Notes: generated by a model from the letters alone, not told the origin. DNA of 40,032 nt from Octopus sinensis (GCF_006345805.1 NW_021835415.1:1-40032), one strand, 5' to 3'. Counted from the stretch's first letter, positions 21,991-33,666 are shown. Program-made: numbers and translations.

Positions 21991-22191
21991 CAGTGCTTTT
22001 CAAACTTTTTGCTGGAGCGGAACCCCAAAGAAACATTCCACTGGCTCGAGGAACCCCTGTGCAATAATTTAATAGTCTTATGCACACATATCTGCAAAGG
22101 AGACTTAAAAATTACTGCCGATTTTAGCAGTTTTTTAACTTCTTGCGGAACCCCTGGACTGTACTGGCGGAACCCTGGTTGAAAACCACTG
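21991..22191. mobile_element. hAT (Charlie-like) MITE, 201 bp, with 8-bp TSD
   Basis: TIRs CAGTGCTTTTCAAAC / GGTTGAAAACCACTG; TSD CTATAGAT at 21983-21990 and 22192-22199; GGAACCCC subterminal repeats. Confidence 0.95.
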
Positions 22192-22282
22192 CTATAGATA
22201 GACATCAAATCATAGTGAAATTGGCAACATTCATGTGTCTTGGTGTTTGAATATTCCTAAATACAAACACGAACACACGCAC

Positions 22283-22348
<66 letters not shown>

Positions 22349-22375
22349 TTGGGATTGTTCAGGTTATGCGACAAA

Positions 22376-22490
22376 CGGAGCAACGTGAAATAAAGGGTCT
22401 TGCCCAAGGACACAATGTGCCGCCGAGAAGCGAACTCCTGACCTTACGATCGTCATCGGAATACCCTAATCACTGAGACATACGCTTTCA
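22376..22490 (-). mobile_element. SINE family C, 5' fragment
   Basis: Minus strand reads TCTCAGTGATTAGGGTATT...GGAGTTCGCTTC...GTGTCCTTGGGCAAGACCCTTTATTTCACGTTGCTCC. Confidence 0.8.
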
Positions 22491-22689
22491 TACACGCAAA
22501 GGCATCTGCAATGACGAAAGAAACATCAAGTCCACACTGCACTACGGGCAGTTGTTCTCTTCTGACACTGACTCCCAGACTGAATTCAAGAATTGACATT
22601 TTCATATGTATCAGGCACCACTGAACCGCTCCTAAAATCAAATTTTCCGGAGGGCAGCACATCCCTCTCTACCCGCAGCATCTACTTCA

Positions 22690-23156
22690 GATGAATCTTA
22701 ATGAAGGCTTGAGTAGAGAGATAGATTCTTGTCCTAAATCCTTTGAAATACATCTACCATATATTCTCTCTTCCAAGAGCCACCAAACAGAGGAAAACTT
22801 CCTGCTTCCCTTTCTAAAAAAAGGGTGAGGAGGTCCATCATTCCGACGGGTGCAGCTAACAGCCATCCAGCACACGATAACAGCTGTTCGGTATAGCTGA
22901 ACATGTTAGTGACTGGGCACTGAATCTGCGCGTGAAGAACCATTTCATCGCTGTCTGTTCATCTTGGATGATAAACCCAAATTATGGAGAGCTCAGTGCA
23001 TATAAAGCTTATTCTAAATGCATTATGGCAGCAGTTCCAGGCCAGAAGTTTCTGGAAACTGTCCGCAGTCCCTGGTTCGGTAGTTTTCCGGGTATAAATT
23101 GTTTAACTGTTCTTCATCGAGACCCAGATGTTGATATTTCTGTTGCATCTTTATAG
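22690..23156 (+). pseudogene. Decayed coding remnant, probably LINE ORF2 post-RT region; homologous to 29655-30130
   Basis: EGLSREIDSCPKSFEIHLPYIL...KKG*GGPSFRRVQL...DWALNLRVKNHFIAV...AVPGQKFLET is colinear with the second remnant. Confidence 0.5.
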
Positions 23157-23871
23157 CTTTTATTTGACTTACAAATGCTTTTAACGCGGCTACTGTTGTC
23201 GTATTCGGAACCACATACTAATTTAGCAATGGCAGTGTAATCTCTTACAGATATCAAGCATCTGGACGTGATACTATTATTTTTAGTGATGGCCATAGTG
23301 GCGATATCAATGTCTTTTCCACTGTAAACATCTCTGTGCTAGTGTTACCTAGTAAACATGGTGGTAGCGCTGGCGGTGCTGTCATTGTTGTAACTCAAAT
23401 GGACGGGCAAATCGCATGGTTTCCAATTATTCAATGAAAAGACGTTCTCGCTTTGTAACCCGCCATCTCTTTTTCCTCTGATATTTCTATCTTTCTCCTT
23501 GGTCGTCAAATTCGAAGCCGTCATGCGTTTTTCAAATTTTTCATGGCACAAATTTGAAAAATAAAAAAAAAAACAATAAACTGATCCAAAATGGCCGCAG
23601 TCTAATGACAGAAACAAGTAAAAGATAAAAAGATATTGATAAAAAAATATTGATAGGGGCCTACTCAAAACAAAGGACACACTTCTTAGGTACTGAGCAG
23701 TTCTGAAAAGACTAACAAAATTGAAAGAACCAAAACTCCAGAACTGAACAAAATCAACAACGATTGGCATGACACTCCTACAGAAGTAAGAAAACAACAA
23801 CGACAATAACAACAATTGTTTCTTGGCGCAAAGCCAACAATTTGAAGCGAGAGGGTTTGTCAATTACATAA

Positions 23872-23895
23872 ATAATAATAATAATAATAATGATG

Positions 23896-23962
<67 letters not shown>

Positions 23963-24016
23963 TAATAATAATGATGATGATGATGATAATAATAATAAAA
24001 TTAATGATAATAATAA
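23872..24016. repeat. (AAT/GAT)n array
   Basis: Directly visible. Confidence 0.97.
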
Positions 24017-24230
24017 TCCTTTCTACTATAGGCACAAAGCCTAGAATTTGTGGGAGGGAGATAATCGAGTACATCGACGCCAGTACATGACTGGTGCTTA
24101 ATTTATCGACTCCGAAAGAATGAAAGGCAAAGCGGACCTCGGCGGAATTTGAAGTCAGAACGTAGCGACGGGCGAAATACTGCAAAGCATTTCACCCGGT
24201 GTACTAACGATTCTGCCAGCTCGCCACCTT
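24014..24230 (-). mobile_element. SINE family B (B1 tail) inside (AAT)n
   Basis: AATCCTTTCTACTATAGGCAC...GCCAGCTCGCCACCTT. Confidence 0.92.
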
Positions 24231-24273
24231 AATAATAATGATGATGATGACGACGACGGCGGCGACGACGACG

Positions 24274-24303
<30 letters not shown>

Positions 24304-24305
<2 letters not shown>

Positions 24306-24373
24306 AATCCTTTCTACTATAGGCACAAGATCTGAAATTTGGACAAGGGGACAGTCGATGACATCGACCCCAG
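24304..24373 (-). mobile_element. SINE family B (B1) tail fragment
   Basis: AATCCTTTCTACTATAGGCACAAG...CATCGACCCCAG. Confidence 0.8.
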
Positions 24374-24713
24374 AGCAAATGTATAGACCTGTAGATTGAA
24401 ATCAGAAAATGTAGTATTTCAAAGCAACAACATTACCTATTATTATTGGGGCACTTGCAATAATATAAAGGCGAGACAAGAAATATGTAGACCAAATCCC
24501 TGGCAGCCCTAAAATAAGTGAATTGGAAAAGAGCATACTTATAAGCACCTCACATATTTCAGGTAAATTGTTCACCATATAAATGCAGCTTTACTCTTTC
24601 TATTTTTTTTCACTCTCACAGACAGCCGTTTTCAGTTGCACGGCATTGTAAAACCTTGTTGTCCCTTGACTTCACTGGTTGAGACTCTTGTAAATCAAGG
24701 CAAAGTCAAATTT
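24374..24713 (+). pseudogene. R4/Dong-like LINE 3' end (second lineage) ending in (AAT)n
   Basis: KCIDL*IEIRK/FKATTLPIIIGALA...QIPGSPKISELEKSILISTSHI, then a 3' UTR and an AAT tail. Confidence 0.7.
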
Positions 24714-24790
24714 AATAATAATAATAACAACAACAACAACAACCACAACAAGAACAACAAGAACAACAACAACAACAACAATAATTAATA

Positions 24791-25090
24791 TGAGAAGTTT
24801 AGAAAACATAGCAAAGTACCAAGACCTAGCTATTGAATTACATAGTCTATGGAAAGTGCGGTTAAAATGTATCCCACTATTTATAGGTGCATTGGGAACT
24901 ATCCCTAAAGATTTGAGCAGATGAATAGAGGAAATAGGCATAAAACCCATTTTAGTACGGCTCCAGAAAACAGTGTTATTAGGAACAGCTAGGATACTTA
25001 GGAGGGTTCTTGGTATCAGAGGCTACTTGCTGTAGCCTGATGTTAGGATTCTTTTCTTTTCGAACAGCCTAATCTGTTCAGTGAATATGA

Positions 25091-25091
<1 letters not shown>
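24791..25091 (+). pseudogene. R4/Dong-like LINE 3' end (same lineage as 9511-9876) ending in (AAT)n
   Basis: LENIAKYQDLAIELHSLWKVRLKCIPLFIGALGTIPKDL...LQKTVLLGTARILRRVL, then a 3' UTR and (AAT)n at 25092-25180. Confidence 0.88.
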
Positions 25092-25161
<70 letters not shown>

Positions 25162-25177
25162 TAATAATAATAATAAT

Positions 25178-25769
25178 AAATGCCCTGATGCAGTAAATGC
25201 CCCGATGCAGTAAATGCCCTGATGCAGTACCAGGCAGTGGCTCACGTGGCTTCTGATCTTAACTGATTGGAAGTGTTTTCATGTACATCGTTTTGTCATG
25301 GTATAAAAGATGGGCTACAGCAAATATTCTGCTCAATACCACAGATTTGCTTGTCAGTTGTTTGACCGTAACCAGATGAGCATGTCTCTTAGTGGCTGAC
25401 GATATGTGCATCTCTGATCATGAGCAGAAGTAGTGGGGGAGCATCATAGCCATGTATTGAGAGGGAGTCTCTGGGGTTTGAATAACTCACCTCTGGAAAC
25501 ATGGGTGTTTCGTTCAACATCTTTAAACAACCCTTATTCAGGGACCTTTTGAGTGTGATGGGTTACTCGACCAGAAGAAAATTCGAACTGGGCCCCACCT
25601 GCAAGGTCATGTGTTGTTTATCGTGATATGAGATCACCATGTTGCGCACATATGGTTGTGATGCATGTGCCTAGTGTACCCTTATCAGACGGGTAGTCAT
25701 GATGGGTATACTGGGCTTCGTATATTTTACCCCAGTGTCACTTTGATGGCATGCACTGCTCTCTCACTC
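25178..25769. mobile_element. Element D, full length, flanked by (AAT)n on both sides; terminal 17-mer triplicated
   Basis: AAATGCCC(T/C)GATGCAGT x3 at 25178-25228; other end CTCTCTCACTC-AATAATAAT; no ORF. Confidence 0.88.
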
Positions 25770-25789
25770 AATAATAATAATAATAAAAT

Positions 25790-26165
25790 CTAAGAACATG
25801 TACCATCCAAAAGAAGGTAAAAATGTCAATATCCTCCGGTATTTTCCAATCAACACCGACAGAACAATCCAGTCTAATCGACCAGACATAGTCATTGAAG
25901 ACACAGAAGTAAATACTTATCGACTAACAGATGTAAGTGGTCCCACTGATAAAAATATATCTATAAAGGAATTTGACAAATCGAGTAAATATAAGGACTT
26001 GGAAATTGAAATACAAAAGATGTGACATCTTAAAGCGAGAACTGTACCTGTTATTGTAGGTGACCTAGGTATGGTAAAAAGAGATGTCAGAAGCATCTAG
26101 ATAACATCTCAGGAGAAACATGTCTCAGAGAAATTCAAAAGATTGCCCACATCCTTAGTAAAATT
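25790..26165 (+). pseudogene. R4/Dong-like LINE RLE-domain remnant (third lineage)
   Basis: FPINTDRTIQSNRPDIVIED...TDVSGPTDKNISIKEFDKSSKYKDLEIEIQKM*HLKARTVPVIVGDLG. Confidence 0.85.
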
Positions 26166-26715
26166 TAAATGCCTGTGAAGTATTACATGAAGCTATCTCG
26201 CTACTTTAGACAGAGGGACTGGTTTACATGACATCTACGCATGTGCTGATACCGTTGAGCTTGTGTATAGAGGCTATGTCTCCTCTGAGTCCTATGTGAG
26301 GACTATCTTCTGTTCGATTTGTCATTAGTTGATGATCGCACCGTCAATTTTCGCATAACTAGTTTGTTAATCCAGTCGCTGGGGCTTTTCGTGCCGAGAA
26401 TTACAGCGTTCAATTTCATTTCAATTAACTGGATCTTTGTCTATACATCGTATCTAGGTTGACTGTGTAGATCACATGCTTAAACTAAATCTGCATAACT
26501 GCTTAGATGAAGTTATGGAAACCCTGATCTATCTTTGTTCGCTAATTTAATAAATATTTTATAGAGATAAAGTCTTCTTCAAGTGGCCATAGCCTAGATG
26601 CATTTCACCACTCCTCGTCGGAAATCTCTGTCGCCCATTAGTTTTGGCTGATCCCCAATATCATTTTGTGAGTCTTTGCAGTTTAGTTGTTTGGTTTTCG
26701 TCCTTTATTAAGGTT

Positions 26716-26977
26716 GTGGAGACGTGTGGCTTAGTGGTTAGGGTATTGGGCTCATGATCGTAAGATTGTGATTCCGATTCCTGGACCGGGTGATGCGTTG
26801 TGTTCTTGAAGTAAAGCACTTCATTTCCCGTTGCTCCAGTCCACTCAGCTGGAAAAAATGAGCAACCCTGCGACGACCGGCGCCCCGTCTTGGTGGGGAG
26901 TATATACGTCATGAAACCGGGAAACCGACCCTTATAAATCGGTATGGCTTGAAAAGGTAACTTTAACTTTACCTTTA
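26716..26977 (+). mobile_element. SINE family C, tail type C1
   Basis: A box TGGCTTAGTGG; central TTGCTCCAGTCCACTCAGCTG; (CTTTA) tail; partial TSD CCTTTATT at 26702 and 26972. Confidence 0.88.
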
Positions 26978-27949
26978 TTTGGGTTTGGGTGTGTCCAAAA
27001 TATAACATCTGATACGGTCTGAGTTAAGCAAGATAGCTATGACCAATCAAGTTTAGCTTGTATGGAATAAAAATAGTAGAGATGGGTAGAGTATATCCAT
27101 AAACCTCTTTAGTCTTGTGTTCACGCGATGAGATGCTTTTAGCTGTCATAAGAAGATGAGTGTATGTACTATTAAAGTGATCACAGGTTTTCTCGTTATG
27201 TTTTGCTGTCTGCACTTCGTGAGAAGCTTAGTGAGAAGGATATGTCTTCGTTGTCCAAGTTTCGGCTCATTAGCAAAGGATGCGCTGAACACATGCCTTG
27301 AAGAAGGCCACGCTTATTGACTTTGAAATACTTGATTGGTATATATTTTCAAGTTTTCTACAGTCACTCCAGAAAGTTTTCCATATTGCCAATGATTTAG
27401 GACTCAAACTATTTGAAATCACTGACCTCCATGAGTTGCATGCTTTCATTGGAATATACAGACGGCTTTATTGTCAGTTTTCAGGTTTTTTATTCTCATT
27501 GGTGGTCAAGTTATTCAGTCTTCTTTCCATTGTAAAACAGAATTGGTTCCATCATCCTCAAGAGGTGTTAACAAATCTTGCGCTTCACACAGTTAATGAG
27601 CTGTCAAAGCAAGGTCATAAAGATAGGGTTCAACATTTTGTCTAAGGATGATACAGTGTAGATGACCCAGCTCATCTAAATCCACATTGGTACATTCGAA
27701 AATCCAATCGGTACTTGTCACACAGTTGAAACTTCCTAAGCATCTTCTATTGACTATTTCTACACTGTCTCAGTACCTGTCCAGGATGCCATTTCAGCGC
27801 CTTACAAGTACTAACGTGTGAAACGCCACCTAGAATGCTTCTGGGCGAAGAATGACCGCCATTCTCCAGTCGAGGCACTCACTAATGTGAGGTACCAGGT
27901 TAGCAACAGTTTTTGTCCAGGATCCTCGACTTACAGACTAAGCACAAGA

Positions 27950-28900
27950 TCTTCTATATCTTGAGCAGCTCAAGGCGTTTTCGAGACAACCCTGCTACTG
28001 TGTTCGATTAGAGCCGACCAAAAGATGCATTCACCTCGTGGTCATCGAGAAGGAACGACAGTTCATGAGTCCGAGAAATTATGATCATGATGTTGGCTGC
28101 CATATACAAATCTATATATGCCAACCAGCATTAGGCCATTGCGCAAGTGTTTTTGCTTCTATGCTAACACCAGGCCACATGCATTTATACTCGCGACTCT
28201 CAGTACTGATATTTTGTTAAGTTGGAAGACCTGTTAATACATATCTGTGTACGTTTTTCATGCTACTCTCACCAATCTCGCTCCTGCTGAAGTTACTGTT
28301 GTTGTGTTTGTTATGTTTGACGCGAAAGCTCTCTTCACTCACACATCTTTGCATGATATTTGATAACACATAGTGGTTCGTTCGTTCGCGTGGTTAACAT
28401 CTCGTGCTTCTTTCCTCTTTCCCAACTCTTACCAAATCCATATTAATAAAATACAGGACATCGTGAATCTTAGATTTTGAGTGTTGAGAAGCATTTGCAA
28501 CTATATTTTTAGTTCTTACCAGTTCTGGCAGGAGGTTGATCTCGAGGCAACAACGTCTCTCATGCTCCTCCAAGATCATTATAAAATAGTTATCTACGTT
28601 ATTCAATGTTATCTTGGTAACACGCTGCCCCATATAGAACAGCAGCAATAAGTACTTGTCTAAACAAGTATTATTTATGCCTGATTATTTCTCTGGCTTC
28701 TCTTTCATTGAGGTATAAGGCCTTCACTGGTCTATGTTGCGGTCTCTTTTCTGTCGTACTATATGAAAGCCTACACATCCTGCGTTCAAGAAGAATTGCA
28801 AATCCTTCCGTTTTTTCTCTCTACACATTTATAGTGAACAAGCCTCTTTGTTTATCCCCATTTTTCAGTCTGTCAGAGGGAGTTTGTCAGTTACAATGTG
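27950..28900 (+). pseudogene. Possible highly degraded Penelope-like RT
   Basis: VMFDAKALFTH at about 28310-28345 resembles the Penelope RT motif SFDVxSLFTN; other motifs are only faint. Confidence 0.3.
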
Positions 28901-29654
28901 TTTTAGCCTGAAGGCGTCTCTGATTTTAAGCCATGACTGTGTGGCCTTGATGAATGGTAAGTCTTGTTTATGTTGGTGACAACAGTGATGAAAAAGGTTC
29001 CAAATCTGGTGGTTGCTGAGATGCTGGAGGCAATTCTGCTGTTATAAATGGCTAGTTAAACAGTTGTTTCTGTTACATCTACACGCATCTCAACGTTACT
29101 GCTAGATCCACTCCTCGTACATCTCTGTAGTGCTACAATAAGCGTCTGTTATCAATTAAATTATTTTAATTTGAGAAACGTAGGAAAATTCCAGCATGCT
29201 TGAGTACAGATATTTTAGATGCTCGTATTATGGGGCAAAGTAATTTGATGAAAGGCAAAGTTGATCTGGATAGAATTTGAACTGAAAAACGTAAAGCGCC
29301 AAAAAATAGCGTTGAGCCACAAGGGCCTTCAAAAAGGTAAAAATACATCGGTACAAATCAGAAGAACAGATTTAAAAAAAGCAATGAGGTTACAAGAATT
29401 TTTGCAATGAAAAATTCTCCAATAGAGGACAACCCTCGATGGCCAACCGTGGAAATCTCCACAAAACAGGTCACCCTGGCCACCTAAGCAAGCGTCCTCT
29501 CCGTTAAGGAGCGTCTCTCCTTAATTTAAAAACGTATGCCCAGAGCAGGCACATAAACTCGCATCCTGTTCGTCAATGTTATCCACCTTTCAACGTATTT
29601 GCTGGAAGGCAACACTTACCCCTCCCCTATTTTCAGTTTCCTTTTCACGTGAGA

Positions 29655-30130
29655 TCTGAAAAAGTTGATGAAGGAAACTAATTGTTTTCAGCTCTTTCAG
29701 TCTCGTCTTCCACACAACCTCTTCTGTTATGACCACAAGACAGATAGACATTGCCTGCAAAGGAAGGCGGGAGTGGGGATTGACCTTTACAATGGACTCA
29801 GCTGATAACCAGGACCATCCTTACGAGTGACTGCAACTCTTCGACATAACTCTTCAAGTCAGCAATGCTTGGGCGCTAGACAAGTTCATGCAGAATAGTT
29901 TCATTGCTCTCTACGTATCATGGGCGGCCCGGCTGACGTTACCTTCATGTCTGTAGAATTCATCTCGAAACAACAATGCTTCTCAGTAGCACTGCCAGGC
30001 CAGCGATTTCTGGAAATTTTCCTTGGGCTCTGGCCTGAAAGCCTTAAGGGACAGACCAGCCACTTGATTTTCTTCGACGCACAGAGTCATCTCGAGAATG
30101 TCGTCGTTCTTACACACCACTTAGAACTTT
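29655..30130 (+). pseudogene. Decayed coding remnant, probably LINE ORF2 post-RT region; homologous to 22690-23156
   Basis: KKLMKETNCFQLFQSRLPHNL...LPAKEGG/VGI...NAWALDKFMQNSFIAL...VALPGQRFLEI. Confidence 0.5.
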
Positions 30131-30418
30131 CTTCAACCACATTACCTGATCGGCGGGGGTGGGGTGGGCAGATGTGAGTGCTTAACACTACACTACATGC
30201 CACATGTTCTGTCTCGGTCTACGTCTGATCTACGACGGTAGCGCATTCGAAGGGACGAGATGTGGAAAAACGAGTCACACAATCAGCAGCCACACCTGCT
30301 CACTCTCAAGGAAACGCTGGGGATATCAACGTATCCATTAGATGATATCGCATTACGTTAAAAAAGTGATAGTACATAATAGATAACGCAGTTCTAAATT
30401 CAATATTAAGAGCCAGAT

Positions 30419-30630
30419 AAGGCGATGAGCTGGCTGAACCGTTAGCATGCCGAGCAAAACAGTTAGCAGTATTTTGCTCGTCTTTACGTTCTGAGCTCAA
30501 ATTCTGCCAGGGTCAACTTTGCTTTTCATCCTCCCGGGATGGTAAAATAAGTACCGCACTGAGGTCGATATGATTGACTTTACCATTCCCCCCCAAATTG
30601 CTGGCCTTCTTCCAAAATTTGAAACCAATA
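30419..30630 (+). mobile_element. SINE family B (B3 tail)
   Basis: GGCGATGAGCTGGCTGAACCGTTAGC...CCCCAAATTGCTGGCCTT...AAAATTTGAAACCAAT. Confidence 0.85.
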
Positions 30631-30814
30631 GTACGAGCCAAAAGTTACTGCGAACGATTACGACCCGGCAGCATGTACCATGCTTTCGTTAATTAGTTTT
30701 AGGTGCTTAAGTAGTCGCGAGCAGCGCGGGCAGGCAATTATTTAGTCTTGATGCACGCACAATGTGACCCAGACAGTTAGAGGAGAGAGCTGTACGAACC
30801 CAAGATTAGCACTT

Positions 30815-30947
30815 ATTTTTAGCAGAGTAAACTAGTGCAGTATGAAATGAAGCGCCTTGCTCAAGGATAGAACGCTCAACATGGTCCAGGAATTCGACCT
30901 AAGATATCTTGAGCCGAATACCCATGCAGCTAGGCCAAGCATCTTCA
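30815..30947 (-). mobile_element. Old SINE family C copy
   Basis: TGAAATGAAGCGCCTTGCTCAAGGA...CCAGGAATTCGAC...GCCGAATACCC matches the family C reverse complement. Confidence 0.55.
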
Positions 30948-31224
30948 CTGACACGATATAATAGTAACGCACACATATACACACGCATGTACATCAAATA
31001 CATATCCTACATATTACACACACACATACACGCGCTCGCGCGCACACACACATACACACACACATTCAAGTATATGCTGTTTAGGTTATAAGAACTTAGA
31101 AAGTTCGAGAGGACGTGAAATAATTCGCCCTTTTTAAATTGTAGAACTCGTCTTTTTCTATCTAAAAGAGCTTTAAACCCGATATTAACATAATATGATT
31201 TATAACTTTCTTCGGTTAGAGTTG

Positions 31225-31337
31225 TGTTTGTGTATGTGTATGTATTTATGTATATATATATATATATATACATATATATATACATACACACACACGTGTG
31301 TATATGTATGTATGTATGTAGTATGTATGTATGTATG

Positions 31338-31373
<36 letters not shown>

Positions 31374-31393
31374 TATCTATAGATGTATCTATG

Positions 31394-31438
<45 letters not shown>

Positions 31439-31920
31439 CATATATACATATATATACAAGCACCTCCATGCATACATACATGCATGCATGTATGCATACA
31501 TACATAGAAATGTGTATGGGGTTGCCGCTGCTGGAATGCCTTTCATCATAGGTTTACTGGATTTGACATGATCTGTATATAAACTAAAAATAAAAAAAAA
31601 AACTACTAATCTAAGTATAAATTTTACTGTTATAATAACTTAATTGATTGGAACCGAATCGGGCACCGTTTTTAAGTGTTAGACGAGCGAGTTATAACAC
31701 ACATCGTTAAACACATCTAAATAACGATGTTTACATATGTTCAGAGTTTCACTGGGTTAAGATGTACTGGAATCCTTTTCACGCATACATACGTAGGCAT
31801 ATATAAACCCACGATTATGTACATATGCACACTTGCACACATGGATATAAGTGTGTGTATGTGTATAAGTAATATGTATGTATTTATCTGGTAGTATAAG
31901 AGTGTATATGTATATAAGTA

Positions 31921-31970
<50 letters not shown>

Positions 31971-32052
31971 CTTATATATATATAAGTATATATATAAAAT
32001 ATACTTATATATATATATATTTATGAGTATATATATATAAGTATATATATAA

Positions 32053-32120
<68 letters not shown>

Positions 32121-32223
32121 GTAATATATATACGTATACTGTATGTATATAAGTAATATATATGTATTTGTCTGGTAGAAAATTTTAAAAAAATTCTTTA
32201 TTACCCTGATATTAATTATATCT

Positions 32224-32280
<57 letters not shown>

Positions 32281-32471
32281 ATATATATATAGGTATGTAT
32301 ACATGTATGTGTATATATATATATATATTATATATATATATATATATATACACATATATATATATATATACATGTATATATATATAGGTATTATGCATGT
32401 GTGTGTATATATATATGTATGTGTGTGCCCGTTTGTAATTATACAAGACATATACAAGTTTATAAGTATAT

Positions 32472-32536
<65 letters not shown>

Positions 32537-32710
32537 GTATAGTAATATTTACGTATAGTCATGTTTACGTATATATAAGAGTATATTGCTAGGTATTGCT
32601 ATTCAGTTATAGTGATATAAAACTATGTCTATCTACATACATACATACATACATACATACATACATACATACATACATACATACATACATACATACATAC
32701 ATACATACAG
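31225..32710. repeat. Large (TA)n/(TATG)n/(CATA)n microsatellite field
   Basis: Directly visible, with unique spacers at about 31510-31850 and 32540-32630. Confidence 0.9.
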
Positions 32711-33039
32711 AGTTTCGCGCGCGCAAATATGTGTACGAACACAAATAGAAAATTGATTGATATGTTGATCGAATGAATAATAGTTGATGAAAAAAGCTAA
32801 CTTATAATTTTTACACAATATTATTATTGGAAAATATAGGAAATAAAACTTAGGTAAACGAGTTTTCTTTAAAAACTGTAGTGATATAAAGTTTAACAGT
32901 CATTGTGAAATGAGACGTATCGTTTAAATCGAAATAGAAATAAAATTTCAACAAGCACATATGAATACATAAATTCGTATGGAAAGATGGTTAAATATCT
33001 ATGTATAATTTCTTATACACGTAGTACTATATATATGGA

Positions 33040-33236
33040 TATGTATATGTATAAGACAAGGCATAAATAATGCTGGTTATTACCTATTCTGTTATTGTAG
33101 CAAATCTGACTTACAGCTGTTTCCGGTAATCATTATAAGTTCGTTATTGATTAGTTTACGCAATCGGTCCATTTATCGGTTGAGAAAAATTGAGCGACCT
33201 AGGGAACCAACGCTGCCCTCGTCAGAGTTACTGTAA
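33040..33236 (-). mobile_element. Penelope pseudo-LTR-like fragment with extended hammerhead-like motif
   Basis: Minus strand: ACT-CTGACGA-GG...(~90 nt)...CCG-GAAACAGCTGTA-AGT; adjacent to (TA)n. Confidence 0.5.
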
Positions 33237-33339
33237 TATATATATATATATGCTATTCAAAACAGTCTGATTAGGATTCCGTGCTAATTCGCAGGCCCTA
33301 ACGGAGCCTGAGTCCCCTTTTTTTTTTGTCCACTCACTC

Positions 33340-33420
<81 letters not shown>

Positions 33421-33424
<4 letters not shown>

Positions 33425-33617
33425 TGACCGCGTGTGTACCGTTGGCGATTTTCCCCCCGTCTTCTCTCTTTGGATCTTCTTTTTCCTATGTTTCTGACGA
33501 AGAGTTCCGCTCGAAACGTTAAACCCTCCTTCTTTCCTTCTTTCCTGAGCGTCCAATAATACTATACCTTATCACGTTGTTGGGTTTTCTCTTTGTTGTT
33601 TTCATGTTTGGATTAAC
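33421..33617 (+). mobile_element. (TA)n-flanked ~200-bp Penelope pseudo-LTR-like element, copy 2
   Basis: Highly similar to 14210-14413. Confidence 0.8.
33490..33524 (+). ncRNA. Minimal type I hammerhead ribozyme motif, core intact
   Basis: Stem I GTTT/AAAC; core CTGACGA; extra A; stem II GAGT/GCTC; GAAA; palindromic stem III ACGT; predicted cleavage after GUU (33520). Confidence 0.65.

Positions 33618-33666
<49 letters not shown>

Noticed and set aside
27298-27645. 115-aa non-repetitive ORF
   Set aside because: Non-ATG start, no motif and no clear splice signals; it lies in a region that looks like decayed retroelement.
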